Below are positions 1-8,522 of a DNA stretch of 20,000 nucleotides, piece by piece. The stretch's first letter is position 1. Every line of letters begins with the position of its first letter. The stretch is from NCBI GenBank assembly GCA_013152275.1, contig JAADGS010000028.1, positions 59,857-79,856 on the forward strand, in the 5' to 3' direction. Origin of the DNA: Actinomycetota bacterium (GTDB lineage: Bacteria > Actinomycetota > Acidimicrobiia > Spongiisociales > UBA4744). The translations under genes were made by a program, and so were the position numbers. The notes under the pieces were generated by a model, which saw nothing but the letters and a program-made list of their open reading frames with translations, was not told where the DNA came from and did not search any database.

Positions 1-1
1 C

Positions 2-325
2 GGCACCGTCATCGATGCCGCCACCGCCGCGGGTGGGGACGCCGTGCAGGTCTCCGGGGTACGGTTCTCACTCGAGGACAACGGATCCCTGCTCGAAGCG
101 GCCAGGAAGCGAGCCTGGGAAGATGCGCGAGCCAAGGCAGAGCAACTCGCGGCGCTGTCCGGGGTGACGCTGGGATCTCCGACGTCGATCAGCGAAACGT
201 TGACGACGCCGCCCGCCCCGGTGTTCCGGGCTTCAAGTGACCTCGAAGCAGCGTCGACACCGATCCAGCCCGGCTCGCAGACGGTCACGGTGACGTTGAG
301 CGTCGAGTTCTCGATCTCGGGTTGA
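2..325 (+). CDS. SIMPL (DUF541) domain protein, 3' part (5' truncated by window edge)
   Basis: The frame is open from position 2: GTVIDAATAAGGDAVQVSGVRFSLED...ARKRAWEDARAKAEQLAALSGVTLG...ISE...PIQPGSQTVTVTLSVEF, matching the typical SIMPL C-terminal pattern. Stop TGA at 323-325. Confidence 0.88.
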   Translation, partial: GTVIDAATAAGGDAVQVSGVRFSLEDNGSLLEAARKRAWEDARAKAEQLAALSGVTLGSPTSISETLTTPPAPVFRASSDLEAASTPIQPGSQTVTVTLSVEFSISG

Positions 326-333
326 GTTCGACT

Positions 334-828
334 TCAACCGAAGACGGCTGTGCCGGCGACCGTGAGCAATGACACGACGACACCGGCGATCAGTACCCCG
401 ACAGCGATGAGTACGGTCGCTTTGCGACGATCCACACCGAACACGAACGCGGCCAGCGCACCGCTCCACGCCCCCGTGATCGGCAAAGGGATGGCGACGA
501 AGGTGATCAAGGCGAGTTCGCGCAGGCGGTCGAAGCGCGCCGTGTGACGCCGCCGCGTGTGGGCGAAGAGACGGTCGAGGATCCGGTGCAGCCAGCCCCA
601 ATGGTCCTCCGCCCATTCGGTCACAGGCCCAAGGAGGACCAGGATGAACGGAACGGGAAGGATGTTGCCGATCACCGACCAGACAAACGCCTGAGCGACC
701 GGCATGTCGAACGCCCGCACGGCGAACGGGATCGAGAAGCGAAGCTCGGAAACCGGCAGCGCCGCCAGGAGAAGCACCGCCAGCGGCTCGGGGAAATGAC
801 GAACGAGCGACTCGAGTGCTTGCTGCAT
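334..828 (-). CDS. Small multi-drug export family (COG2426-like) membrane protein
   Basis: 164 aa hydrophobic protein with LPVSELRFSIP, GNILPVPFIL and FVAIPLPITGAWSGALAA motifs characteristic of this family. Confidence 0.85.
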   Translation of the reverse strand: MQQALESLVRHFPEPLAVLLLAALPVSELRFSIPFAVRAFDMPVAQAFVWSVIGNILPVPFILVLLGPVTEWAEDHWGWLHRILDRLFAHTRRRHTARFDRLRELALITFVAIPLPITGAWSGALAAFVFGVDRRKATVLIAVGVLIAGVVVSLLTVAGTAVFG

Positions 829-856
829 GGATGCAGTATTGCGCCCTGTCGGCCTT

Positions 857-886
857 TTGACACGTTCGCGCTGGGATTACTACGAT
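857..886 (+). promoter_or_regulatory. Sigma70/SigA-type promoter pointing into the gene-free intergenic region
   Basis: TTGACA (857-862), 18-bp spacer, TACGAT (881-886). Confidence 0.7.
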
Positions 887-891
887 CTGAC

Positions 892-1040
892 TGTCGGGTG
901 TCACCCGCACCCGGCACCCCAACAAGCGCATTGGGCTGCGAGCATGGACTCCCTGGCGCCTGCTCGATACAACGGCCCATTGTGGCTCTTCGCAAGGAGA
1001 GCAACGAGGCTCCGGCTCTACCCCCTTGCCGGAGCCTCGC
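892..1040 (+). ncRNA. Putative structured small RNA of about 150 nt, family not recognised
   Basis: Begins just downstream of the promoter. Four consecutive stem-loops at 892-916, 927-984, 985-1002 (GCAA tetraloop) and 1005-1039, with G-U pairs that work on the + strand. No credible ORF. Confidence 0.55.
1005..1039. terminator. GC-rich hairpin, possible bidirectional terminator (candidate sRNA on +, ychF on -)
   Basis: CGAGGCTCCGGC (1005-1016) and GCCGGAGCCTCG (1028-1039) form a perfect 12-bp stem with loop TCTACCCCCTT. No U-tract. Confidence 0.6.
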
Positions 1041-1072
1041 CCTATCCGGACCCTGTTCGGATCCAAGGCGAA

Positions 1073-2146
1073 TCAGACCGAGAAGCGGACCACGATGACG
1101 TCACCCTCGCGCATCACGTAGTCTTTTCCCTCGACGCGTATGACACCGGCATGCTTGGCGGCGTCCCATCCACCTGCAGCAACGACGTCGGTGATCGAAG
1201 CAATCTCCGCTCGGATGAATCCGCGCTCGAGATCAGAGTGGATCTTGCCCGCGGCTTCCGGTGCTCTTGCTCCCGCTCGCACGGTCCAGGCATGCGACTC
1301 CTTGGGCCCGACCGTGTAGAAGGTCAGCAGGCCGAGCGCGCCGTAGGCGGCGCGCACCATCTCCGCAAGGGCGCCCTCACCCATTCCGAGACCCTCGAAG
1401 ATCTCCCTCCGATCCTCCGGGTCCATCCGGGCCGCCTCGGCTTCGATCCGTACGGAAAGGGCGACGACCGTGTCACCCTCTGGTACCAGCGCCGATACGC
1501 CTCGGACGAGAGCCTCGGAATCAGGTTCCTCCTCACCGACGTTCACGACCCACACCGCCGGGCGCAGCGTCAACGGCGCAAGATCTCTGAACGCTTCGCG
1601 GTGGGCATCGGACCATTCTCCGGCGCGCAGTGGCCTCCCCTCTCCGAGGAACTCCGCCGCCTCGGCGATCGCCGCGGCGGCACGCTTCTTGGTGGCGTCT
1701 GCAGAAGCTTCCTTGGCGATACGGGGTCGGCGCCGTTCGAACACGTCTGCGTCGGCCATCGTCAGCTCGAGCAGGAGATCCTCGGCCTGCGCAACGGCGT
1801 CGGTACCGGATTCATCGGACGGTACGCCCTCGTCGTCGAAGGCCCGCAACACCATGATGAGCCCCTCCATCTCCCGCAGCCTTCCGAGGAACTGCGATCC
1901 GAGACCGCTGCCGTGCGCTCCCATGGCCGGAAGATCGAGAAGTTCGAGCACGGCGTGCACGATCTTCTTCGAATGCTCGATCTCGGCCGCCGCCTCCAGG
2001 GCCGGGTCGGGGATCGAGGCGACCCCGATGTTTGGAGACACCGTCGAGAACGGGTGGGGCGCGGTCGGTGTATCGAGTCCCGTGAGCGCGTTGAACAGCT
2101 CCGTCTTGCCGACGTTCGGAAATCCTACGATGCCGAGGCGTGCCAT
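1073..2146 (-). CDS. ychF: YchF/Obg-family ATPase with C-terminal TGS/DUF933 domain, divergent
   Basis: Starts MARLGIVGFPNVGKT (ATG at 2146) and contains PFSTVSPNIG, GLGSQFLG, LLTFYTVGPKESHAWT, APEAAGKIHSDLERGFIRAE and RVEGKDYVMREGDVIVVRFSV. May be a paralogue rather than the orthologue. Confidence 0.88.
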   Translation of the reverse strand: MARLGIVGFPNVGKTELFNALTGLDTPTAPHPFSTVSPNIGVASIPDPALEAAAEIEHSKKIVHAVLELLDLPAMGAHGSGLGSQFLGRLREMEGLIMVLRAFDDEGVPSDESGTDAVAQAEDLLLELTMADADVFERRRPRIAKEASADATKKRAAAAIAEAAEFLGEGRPLRAGEWSDAHREAFRDLAPLTLRPAVWVVNVGEEEPDSEALVRGVSALVPEGDTVVALSVRIEAEAARMDPEDRREIFEGLGMGEGALAEMVRAAYGALGLLTFYTVGPKESHAWTVRAGARAPEAAGKIHSDLERGFIRAEIASITDVVAAGGWDAAKHAGVIRVEGKDYVMREGDVIVVRFSV

Positions 2147-2214
2147 GTCCGTGCACTGTAGCTTTGATCCCGACATGGCGAACCGCACGACTACGGTGGA
2201 TCCAAGGAGGTGTG

Positions 2215-3210
2215 ATGAGAGTCTCGGTGATCGGAGCAGGCTCCTGGGGAACGACCGTCGCGGCCCTTACCGCCCGTGAACATCCGACGTACCTCTGGGC
2301 CCGGCGTCCTGAGCTTGCGGAGGCGATCGCCGCGACGGGAGAGAACCCGGACTACTTTCCGGGATACCGGCTTCCGTACGGCCTTCACGCCACCAGCGAT
2401 CTCTTCGAAGCCATCGACGGCGCCGACGTGATCGTCATGGCCGTCCCCTCACACGGATACCGATCCGTCCTCGAGACCATGGCGGCACGGATCCCTGCGG
2501 AAACGCCACTTCTCAGCCTGGCCAAAGGGATCGAGCAGGGCAGCCTGCTGCGCATGACGGAAGTGACCGACCAAGTGCTCCAAGACCACGATCCGACACA
2601 CGTCGGTGTGCTCACCGGCCCGAATCTGGCCGCCGAGGTGATGGATGGGCAGCCGGCGGCGACGGTGATCGCCATGAAGGACGAAGTGCTTGCCCGGCGG
2701 CTGCAAAGTCTGTTCATGGGTCCCACGTTTCGCGTCTACACGAACGATGACGTGGTCGGCTGTGAGACCGCAGGTGCTCTCAAGAACGTGATGGCCATCG
2801 CTGCCGGCATGTCCGAAGGCCTCGGGTTCGGCGACAACAGCATGGCGACACTGGTGACGCGAGCCCTCGCCGAGCTGACCCGACTCGGTTCGGCCATGGG
2901 AGGACGGCCGAGGACCTTCGCAGGGTTGGCCGGCATGGGCGACCTGATTGCCACGTGTGTTTCCGCCAAGAGTCGAAATCATCGGGTCGGCGTGCTGCTC
3001 GGTCGGGGACGCAAGATCGACGACATCATCGCCGAGATGAACATGGTCGCCGAAGGGGTCAAGACCACGAGGGCCGTGCTGGACCTTGCGAGCCGGCATG
3101 GGGTCGAGATGCCGATCGCCACCCAGGTGGGACAGGTGCTCTACGAGGGAGAGAGCCCGCGAGAGGCGGTGCTCAACCTGATGACACGAGCGGCGAAGGC
3201 CGAAACCTGA
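2215..3210 (+). CDS. gpsA: NAD(P)H-dependent glycerol-3-phosphate dehydrogenase
   Basis: SD AAGGAGG at 2204-2210. Motifs VIGAGSWGT, AVPS, LAKGIE, LTGPNLA, GALKNVMAIAAG, GLAGMGDLIATC, SRN, VAEGVKT and VEMPI. Confidence 0.96.
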   Translation: MRVSVIGAGSWGTTVAALTAREHPTYLWARRPELAEAIAATGENPDYFPGYRLPYGLHATSDLFEAIDGADVIVMAVPSHGYRSVLETMAARIPAETPLLSLAKGIEQGSLLRMTEVTDQVLQDHDPTHVGVLTGPNLAAEVMDGQPAATVIAMKDEVLARRLQSLFMGPTFRVYTNDDVVGCETAGALKNVMAIAAGMSEGLGFGDNSMATLVTRALAELTRLGSAMGGRPRTFAGLAGMGDLIATCVSAKSRNHRVGVLLGRGRKIDDIIAEMNMVAEGVKTTRAVLDLASRHGVEMPIATQVGQVLYEGESPREAVLNLMTRAAKAET

Positions 3211-3271
3211 CTTCCTGTCCTGACTTCCTGTCACTATGAGCGTCGCATACCGACGCCGGCATTGACAGGAA
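3206..3271. repeat. 13-bp tandem duplication plus 47-bp imperfect palindrome (REP-like or terminator) between convergent gpsA and hypA
   Basis: CCTGACTTCCTGT at 3206-3218 and 3219-3231. TTCCTGTCA (3225-3233) pairs with TGACAGGAA (3263-3271), enclosing GCGTCG (3240-3245) / CGACGC (3251-3256). Confidence 0.7.
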
Positions 3272-3335
3272 AGGGAGGGTTCTGTTTCTCGTCAATGGAA
3301 GCGTCACCTACGAGGGCACGCTGCACGCGACCGGA

Positions 3336-3605
3336 TCATCGGGCTTTTCCGACCACGATCGATACCAGGCGCACATCGAACGCATCCTCCGCCGTGTGAT
3401 CGTCCGACTTCGTGACATCCAGGTGAGCGCCCTGCGCCGGAGATCCCTGTGCGAGGATCTCGAAGTGTCCCTTCAGTGCCTCGGGCGTCACATGGCTCAA
3501 CGCGCCGATCTCGATACGGATGCGCTCGACGTGTGCCGCGGCATTCGCCAGCGCAACCTTTTCCACCTCGGACACGAGGTCGCCGACGAGTTTGGCCTCA
3601 TGCAT
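3336..3605 (-). CDS. hypA: Short HypA/HybF-family nickel metallochaperone lacking the zinc-finger
   Basis: N-terminal MHE motif, V..I.IEIGALSHV.PEAL..HF, G....GA.L.V and C-terminal RLVSIVV. 89 aa, no cysteine. Last gene of the hydrogenase operon. Confidence 0.85.
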   Translation of the reverse strand: MHEAKLVGDLVSEVEKVALANAAAHVERIRIEIGALSHVTPEALKGHFEILAQGSPAQGAHLDVTKSDDHTAEDAFDVRLVSIVVGKAR

Positions 3606-4020
3606 CTTCCAGTTCCTTCACCAGCTCCACCACTGCGGTCGCGACGGCCGGCGACATCGCCGTCCCATGTTCGATCTGACCTGCTTCGATGCCGTAGACC
3701 ACCAAGGAACGAGGTAGTCGACCCATCGTCCTCGCCAGTTCGATGACTGCCGCCGGCCCGAACGCATGTGTCGACGAGAATGCCCCCACCGGCAGGCGAT
3801 CCGCCATCGCATCGAACCTGTGCACCGTCCCCGGAGGCGCCCCCGATCGCATCGCGTCGACGATGACGACGTCGTCGTCGGCGTCCCACAGCTCGAGCAT
3901 GTCGAACGACCCAGTGACGCGTCGTTCCACGGACCACGCCGCGACCTTGGTCGCGACCTCCCACCCTGCGGCATCGTCGCCGCGGTCCGGGTTGCCGATC
4001 CCGATCAGCCTGCGCGCCAT
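3598..4020 (-). CDS. Hydrogenase maturation endopeptidase (HycI/HybD family)
   Basis: [32 protein letters not shown] and VVYGIE. ATG at 4020 overlaps the end of the large-subunit gene. Confidence 0.93.
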   Translation of the reverse strand: MARRLIGIGNPDRGDDAAGWEVATKVAAWSVERRVTGSFDMLELWDADDDVVIVDAMRSGAPPGTVHRFDAMADRLPVGAFSSTHAFGPAAVIELARTMGRLPRSLVVYGIEAGQIEHGTAMSPAVATAVVELVKELEDA

Positions 4021-5327
4021 GTGTCGCCGACCCTTTCCACCGTGAGATCGAGGAAGTGCGTTGCGCAGGAGATGCATGGGTCGTAGTTCCTGATGGCTTG
4101 TTCCAACTGCCACTGCAGGGTGTCATCGTCCAGATGGGTCCGTCCTGGCACGAACTTACGTAGATCTTCCTCGATCGATGCCTGATTCTGCGACGTTGGC
4201 GGCACGATCTGCGCGTCGGCGATCAGGCCTTCTGCATCGATTTCATACCGGTGGTACAGCAGCCCGCGAGGTGCCTCGCTCGCTCCATGTCCGATCGCGG
4301 AGCGCGGTTCGACCGTGACGAACGGCTTCTGGGGCGGTTCGTAGGCGTCGATGATCCTCAGAGCTTCCTCGCATGCATGAACGATCTCCACCGCCCGAAC
4401 GATGATGCTCTTGAACGGGTTCGATACGCCGGGAGTGATGCCTGCGGCGGCTGCGGCCTCCTTCGCCCGCGGTGCGAGTTGTTCACCGTTGAGTGCGAAC
4501 CTGGCCATCGGTCCGACGAGGTACCTGCCCCGATCCTTGATCCTCGCGTGCAGAGCGTTGGACCATTCGACGTGTGACTCCTCGAAGTGGTCGCGCCACT
4601 CTGCCACGTCGATGTCGAGGCCCCGATTGGAGATGATGCGTCCATCGGTGATGGCGTACTCGTCGGGGTGGTGGAGCGCCACGAACTCGTAGTCCATGTC
4701 GAAATCGGGGAACTCGAACCCGGCTACCAGCGAGACGGTTTCCTCTGCCGTTTCTGCCGCCCACCGAAGCTCGTCGACGAGGTTGTGCAGCTCTCGCTTC
4801 GTTGGCGCCCTGTAGAAGCCGCCGACCCTCACATTGATGGGATGGATCTCTCTGCCGCCGACGGCGGTCATGATGTCGTTGCCGAGCTTCTTGAGCCGGA
4901 GGGCGTTCGTGACCACGTCGGGAAGGTCGGCCGCCATCTCGATCGCACTCGGGTACCCGAGGAAATCGGGAGTGTGGAGCATGTAGACGTGCAGGGAATG
5001 ACTCTCGATCCACTCGCCGAAGTACAGGAGCTTCCTGAGATTCCTGATCTGGCCCCCGACGGAGACACCGGCTGCATGCTCCATGGCATTCACCGAACTG
5101 GTTTGGTATGCGACAGGGCAGATGCCGCAGATACGAGCCGTGATGTCCGGTGCCTCTCGGAAGTGTCTGCCACGAAGCACCGCTTCGTAGAAGCGGGGCG
5201 GCTCGAAGATGTTGAACTGGACGTCCTTCACCTGGTCCCCGTCGATCTTGAGGTACATCGCTCCTTCGCCCTCGACTCTGGCGAGGTAGTCGACGGCGAT
5301 CTCACGAGACTCACCGGGCGTAGGCAT
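4005..5327 (-). CDS. hyhL: Group 3b [NiFe]-hydrogenase (sulfhydrogenase-type) large/alpha subunit
   Basis: ATG at 5327 with upstream [16 protein letters not shown]1 motif [19 protein letters not shown] and L2 motif DPCISCATH followed by a cleavable C-terminal tail. Confidence 0.95.
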   Translation of the reverse strand: MPTPGESREIAVDYLARVEGEGAMYLKIDGDQVKDVQFNIFEPPRFYEAVLRGRHFREAPDITARICGICPVAYQTSSVNAMEHAAGVSVGGQIRNLRKLLYFGEWIESHSLHVYMLHTPDFLGYPSAIEMAADLPDVVTNALRLKKLGNDIMTAVGGREIHPINVRVGGFYRAPTKRELHNLVDELRWAAETAEETVSLVAGFEFPDFDMDYEFVALHHPDEYAITDGRIISNRGLDIDVAEWRDHFEESHVEWSNALHARIKDRGRYLVGPMARFALNGEQLAPRAKEAAAAAGITPGVSNPFKSIIVRAVEIVHACEEALRIIDAYEPPQKPFVTVEPRSAIGHGASEAPRGLLYHRYEIDAEGLIADAQIVPPTSQNQASIEEDLRKFVPGRTHLDDDTLQWQLEQAIRNYDPCISCATHFLDLTVERVGDTWRAG

Positions 5328-6096
5328 CGCTCGCCTCCTTGAACTCTCGCGAGTACGCGTTGAATGTCCGCAGCGCCCGCACGAGCTGCGTATCGTCCAC
5401 CCCGATCGCGTGCCACACCTCTCGAAGCGACTCGATGTTCGGTGATTCGCTCGGCCCGAAACACCCGTAGCAGCCACGGTTGAACGCGGGGCACAGGGCA
5501 CCGCACCCCGACTGGGTGACGGGTCCCATGCACGGTGTGCCGTGTGCAACCATGACACACGGTGTGCCGCGCAGCTTGCATTCGACACAGACCGCGTAGG
5601 TGGGGATCGTCGGCCGCCGGCCGGTCAGAAACGCGTCGATGACGTCGATGAGTTGCCGCTTCGAGATGGGACAGCCCCGGAGTTCCATGTCGACATCGAC
5701 ATGCTCGGCGATCGGCGTCGAGGTGGCGAGAGAGCTGATGTACTCCGGGTGGGCGTACACGATCGAGATGAACTCGTCGACATCTGCCCAGTTCTTCAGG
5801 GCCTGTATCCCTCCGGCGGTTGCACAGGCACCGATCGTGAGGAGCGTCTCGGACATCGCTCTGATCTCGCGAATCCGCTCGGCGTCATGACTCGTCGTGA
5901 TCGACCCCTCGACGATCGACAGGTCGTACGGGCCCTCTGTCGCCGCTCTCGTCGCCTCCGGGAAGTAGGCGATGTGCACGGCTCCCGCGATCGTGAGGAA
6001 CTCGTCCTCGCAGTCGAGCAGCGTCAGCTGGCATCCGTCACACGACGCGAATTTCCACACGGCGACACTCGGCCGATCTTCGGCGGCACGAGTCAT
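5311..6096 (-). CDS. hyhS: Group 3b [NiFe]-hydrogenase small/delta subunit
   Basis: ATG at 6096 with [57 protein letters not shown] and GCYGC Fe-S ligands. No Tat signal. Confidence 0.94.
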   Translation of the reverse strand: MTRAAEDRPSVAVWKFASCDGCQLTLLDCEDEFLTIAGAVHIAYFPEATRAATEGPYDLSIVEGSITTSHDAERIREIRAMSETLLTIGACATAGGIQALKNWADVDEFISIVYAHPEYISSLATSTPIAEHVDVDMELRGCPISKRQLIDVIDAFLTGRRPTIPTYAVCVECKLRGTPCVMVAHGTPCMGPVTQSGCGALCPAFNRGCYGCFGPSESPNIESLREVWHAIGVDDTQLVRALRTFNAYSREFKEASDAYAR

Positions 6097-6953
6097 AGCT
6101 CCTCCATTCCGAGTCGTTCGGCAACGCTCGCATAGGGGACGACGGGCCCGTCCTTGCATATGAAGGACGAGCCGAACTGGCAATGGCCGCAGAAGCCGAT
6201 CGCGCACTTCATGTTGCGCTCGAGGCTCACATAGATATCACCCGCGGCCACTCCGCGAGCCATGAGGTCCCGAGCGACGATTCGCATCATGATCTCCGGA
6301 CCGCACACGATCGCGATCGTGAAGCAGGGATCGAACGAGAGACGATCGATGAGTGGTGTGACAACACCGACATCGCCCCTCCAGCCCGCCATCGCGTGGT
6401 CGACCGTGATCTGGATGTTGGTGTCGAACCGTGCTTTCCAGTCGTGCAGCTCGCCGCGGTACAGAAGGTCCGCCGGTGTGCGCGATCCGTAGGCAACGGA
6501 CACGAAGCCGTAGGCATCGCGGTGGCCGAGGAGGTGATAGATCGCCGGTCTCACGGGGGCCAATCCGAGTCCGCCGGCGATGACCACCACGTCGTGGTCG
6601 ATCGCCCTCGTCAGCGGCCACGCACTTCCGTACGGTCCACGGATACCGACCTCGTCCCCCGGCCGGAGCCTGACGATCGCGTTCGTAACGGCCCCGACCG
6701 CCCGTACGGTATGCACGAGCGACCCGGGCGCTCCGGCATCTCCCGCGATGGAGATGGGCACTTCGCCCACACCATGGATGTAGATCATCGCGAATTGTCC
6801 CGGCCTGAACGTGATGGGAGGCCCTCCGTCGCTCGGGACCAGATCGAGCGTCACCGTGCCGGCAAACTCGATCACTCGTTCAGACACCCGAAACGATCTG
6901 GGGAGCATGGGCTCGGTGACGGTCACGGGATCGGGAAGCCTCGTCGTCGCCAC
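6093..6953 (-). CDS. hyhG: Group 3b hydrogenase gamma subunit (FAD/NAD(P)-binding, 2Fe-2S; AsrB/PyrK-like)
   Basis: [38 protein letters not shown] and [15 protein letters not shown]...CKDGPV. GTG at 6953, just after the upstream stop, is the inferred start. Confidence 0.92.
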   Translation of the reverse strand: MATTRLPDPVTVTEPMLPRSFRVSERVIEFAGTVTLDLVPSDGGPPITFRPGQFAMIYIHGVGEVPISIAGDAGAPGSLVHTVRAVGAVTNAIVRLRPGDEVGIRGPYGSAWPLTRAIDHDVVVIAGGLGLAPVRPAIYHLLGHRDAYGFVSVAYGSRTPADLLYRGELHDWKARFDTNIQITVDHAMAGWRGDVGVVTPLIDRLSFDPCFTIAIVCGPEIMMRIVARDLMARGVAAGDIYVSLERNMKCAIGFCGHCQFGSSFICKDGPVVPYASVAERLGMEEL

Positions 6954-6954
6954 G

Positions 6955-7410
6955 TCATTCTTGCCCGTAGAGATCGAGGAGCTGGAGACGGGCGTTTTGC
7001 AGCCTCGTCGCCGACTCCCTTGCCACCACGCGCCACAGGGCGGCATCCAGTCGAGGATTGTGTTTGCAGGCTTCGAGCACGGTCCGCGCATCGAACGCCG
7101 CCAGCTTCGAATCCGTGAGCGCCTGTGCGGTCCACTGCCATCTGTATGGAGGCAGACGCCAGCTCAGTCCGAGGAGGCAACCCTCCCCCAGGGTCTGGAT
7201 CGTGATCGGTGGACGAGACGGACCGGCGATCCGAAGTGAGATCTTCCCCTCGATGACCAGGTAGAAACGATCTGCCGGCGTGTTCACTCTGAAGATGATC
7301 TCATTCTCCCGCACGGCCGTTTCCTGAGCGATGGACTCCAGAAATGCGAACGATTGATCGTCCATCTCTGCGAACAGCGGACTCCTCTCACGCCATCGTC
7401 CGAGTTTCAC
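6955..7410 (-). CDS. Stand-alone cyclic-nucleotide-binding-fold (CAP_ED/Crp N-terminal) protein without HTH
   Basis: GTG at 7410 overlaps the beta-subunit TGA. PLFAEM, IIFRVNTPADRFYLVIEGKISL, IQTLGEG.LLG.SW..PPYRW.WTAQA and RLQNARLQLLDLYG. About 151 aa. Confidence 0.87.
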   Translation of the reverse strand: MKLGRWRERSPLFAEMDDQSFAFLESIAQETAVRENEIIFRVNTPADRFYLVIEGKISLRIAGPSRPPITIQTLGEGCLLGLSWRLPPYRWQWTAQALTDSKLAAFDARTVLEACKHNPRLDAALWRVVARESATRLQNARLQLLDLYGQE

Positions 7411-8522
7411 ACGGTCACCTCCGAATCGTTGCGAAGAAGGTCGATCTCTGCGGTGATGTCGATTCCGACCGGACACCACGTGATGCACCTGCCACAACCC
7501 ACACAGCCGGACGTACCGAACTGGTCGTACCAGTAGGCAAGCTTGTGGGTCATCCACTGACGGTAACGGGACCTCGAAGAAGATCGGACCGCATGCCCGT
7601 GAAGGCTCGAGAAGTCGAGACCGAAGCACGAATCCCATGTTCGCCGGCGCGAAGCCGTTCCTTTCAGGTCGGTCGAATCCTCGACGGTGGAGCAGAAACA
7701 GGTTGGACACACGAGCGTGCAGTTCGTGCAGCTCAGGCAGCGTCGGGCAATCGATTCCCACATCGGATGTTCGAGGCCGTTTGTCAAGAGCTCGTACACC
7801 TCCTGGTTGGGCATCGTCCTGCCCATGTGCGCTTCCGTAACGCCGACGATCGCCTCGACGCGGTCCAGATCCACTTTCGTGGCGGCCCTTCCCTCGAGAG
7901 CGTCGAGGATCTCGGACCCCGCATCGGATCCCGACTCGATGATGAACTCATGGCGGTCGGGTTCGAGCACTTCGGTGACGACGAGGTCGTAGCCACGCTC
8001 GCACCGAGGTCCGGTACCCATCGAGGCGCAGAAGCAGGTGGCTCCGGCGACTGCACAGTTCACGGCGACGGTGAACGATCCGTTTCGAGCCGACGCGTAG
8101 TGCGGGTCACGGAACGCCGATCCGAGAAGGACCTTGTCCTGTATGGCGACCGCCGCGAGTTCACACGCCCGCACACCGATGAACGCGTAGCGGGAATCCG
8201 CAGGTGGCTCGGGATGGAACTCGAGGCCGGCCTCCGCGTGTTCGGCCGTGAGCAGCGTCTGCCGCGGAGGAAACAGGAAGCTCTTGAGTGTTCGTGGACC
8301 GACGGCGTGGCCGAAGTAGGCATCGTCGTCTCGCCGCACGAGCCGGTATGTCCCCGCATCTTGTTGATCCGTCCAGCCGATCGGGAGGTCGCCGGCCCCA
8401 TCGAGCTTGTCGTATACGATCGTTCGCTCATGGATCGTTGGACCGATGACCGTGTAGCCGCGGTCTTGCAGGAGCGAGATCAGCGAGTCGAATCGGTCGG
8501 CGCCTACGACTTTGGGAGACAT
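7407..8522 (-). CDS. hyhB: Group 3b hydrogenase beta subunit (4Fe-4S dicluster, AsrA-like)
   Basis: ATG at 8522 with GGAGG SD. GVRACEL, NC......CFCASMGTGP, RCLSCTNCTLVCPTCFC, WDSC, RYRQWMTHK and GCVGCGRCITWCPVGIDI. Confidence 0.94.
   Translation of the reverse strand: MSPKVVGADRFDSLISLLQDRGYTVIGPTIHERTIVYDKLDGAGDLPIGWTDQQDAGTYRLVRRDDDAYFGHAVGPRTLKSFLFPPRQTLLTAEHAEAGLEFHPEPPADSRYAFIGVRACELAAVAIQDKVLLGSAFRDPHYASARNGSFTVAVNCAVAGATCFCASMGTGPRCERGYDLVVTEVLEPDRHEFIIESGSDAGSEILDALEGRAATKVDLDRVEAIVGVTEAHMGRTMPNQEVYELLTNGLEHPMWESIARRCLSCTNCTLVCPTCFCSTVEDSTDLKGTASRRRTWDSCFGLDFSSLHGHAVRSSSRSRYRQWMTHKLAYWYDQFGTSGCVGCGRCITWCPVGIDITAEIDLLRNDSEVTV

Noticed and set aside
317..341. Short inverted repeat GGTTGA/TCAACC over the two convergent stop codons
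   Set aside because: The stem is short and imperfect and partly explained by the facing TGA/TCA stops; too weak to call a terminator.
892..1040. Assignment of the structured region to tRNA, SRP RNA, 6S/Ms1 or a riboswitch for the 334-828 gene
   Set aside because: No cloverleaf or T-loop, no SRP GGAA domain IV motif and no single long 6S-like rod. The structure favours the + strand, while the 334-828 gene is on the minus strand and appears leaderless.
827..2161. 444-aa + strand ORF spanning the candidate sRNA and ychF
   Set aside because: Antisense shadow of ychF. Its start lies upstream of the + strand promoter and it has no recognisable domain.
4005..5327. Selenocysteine ([NiFeSe]) large subunit
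   Set aside because: The L2 motif is DPCISC with ordinary Cys codons and there is no in-frame TGA.
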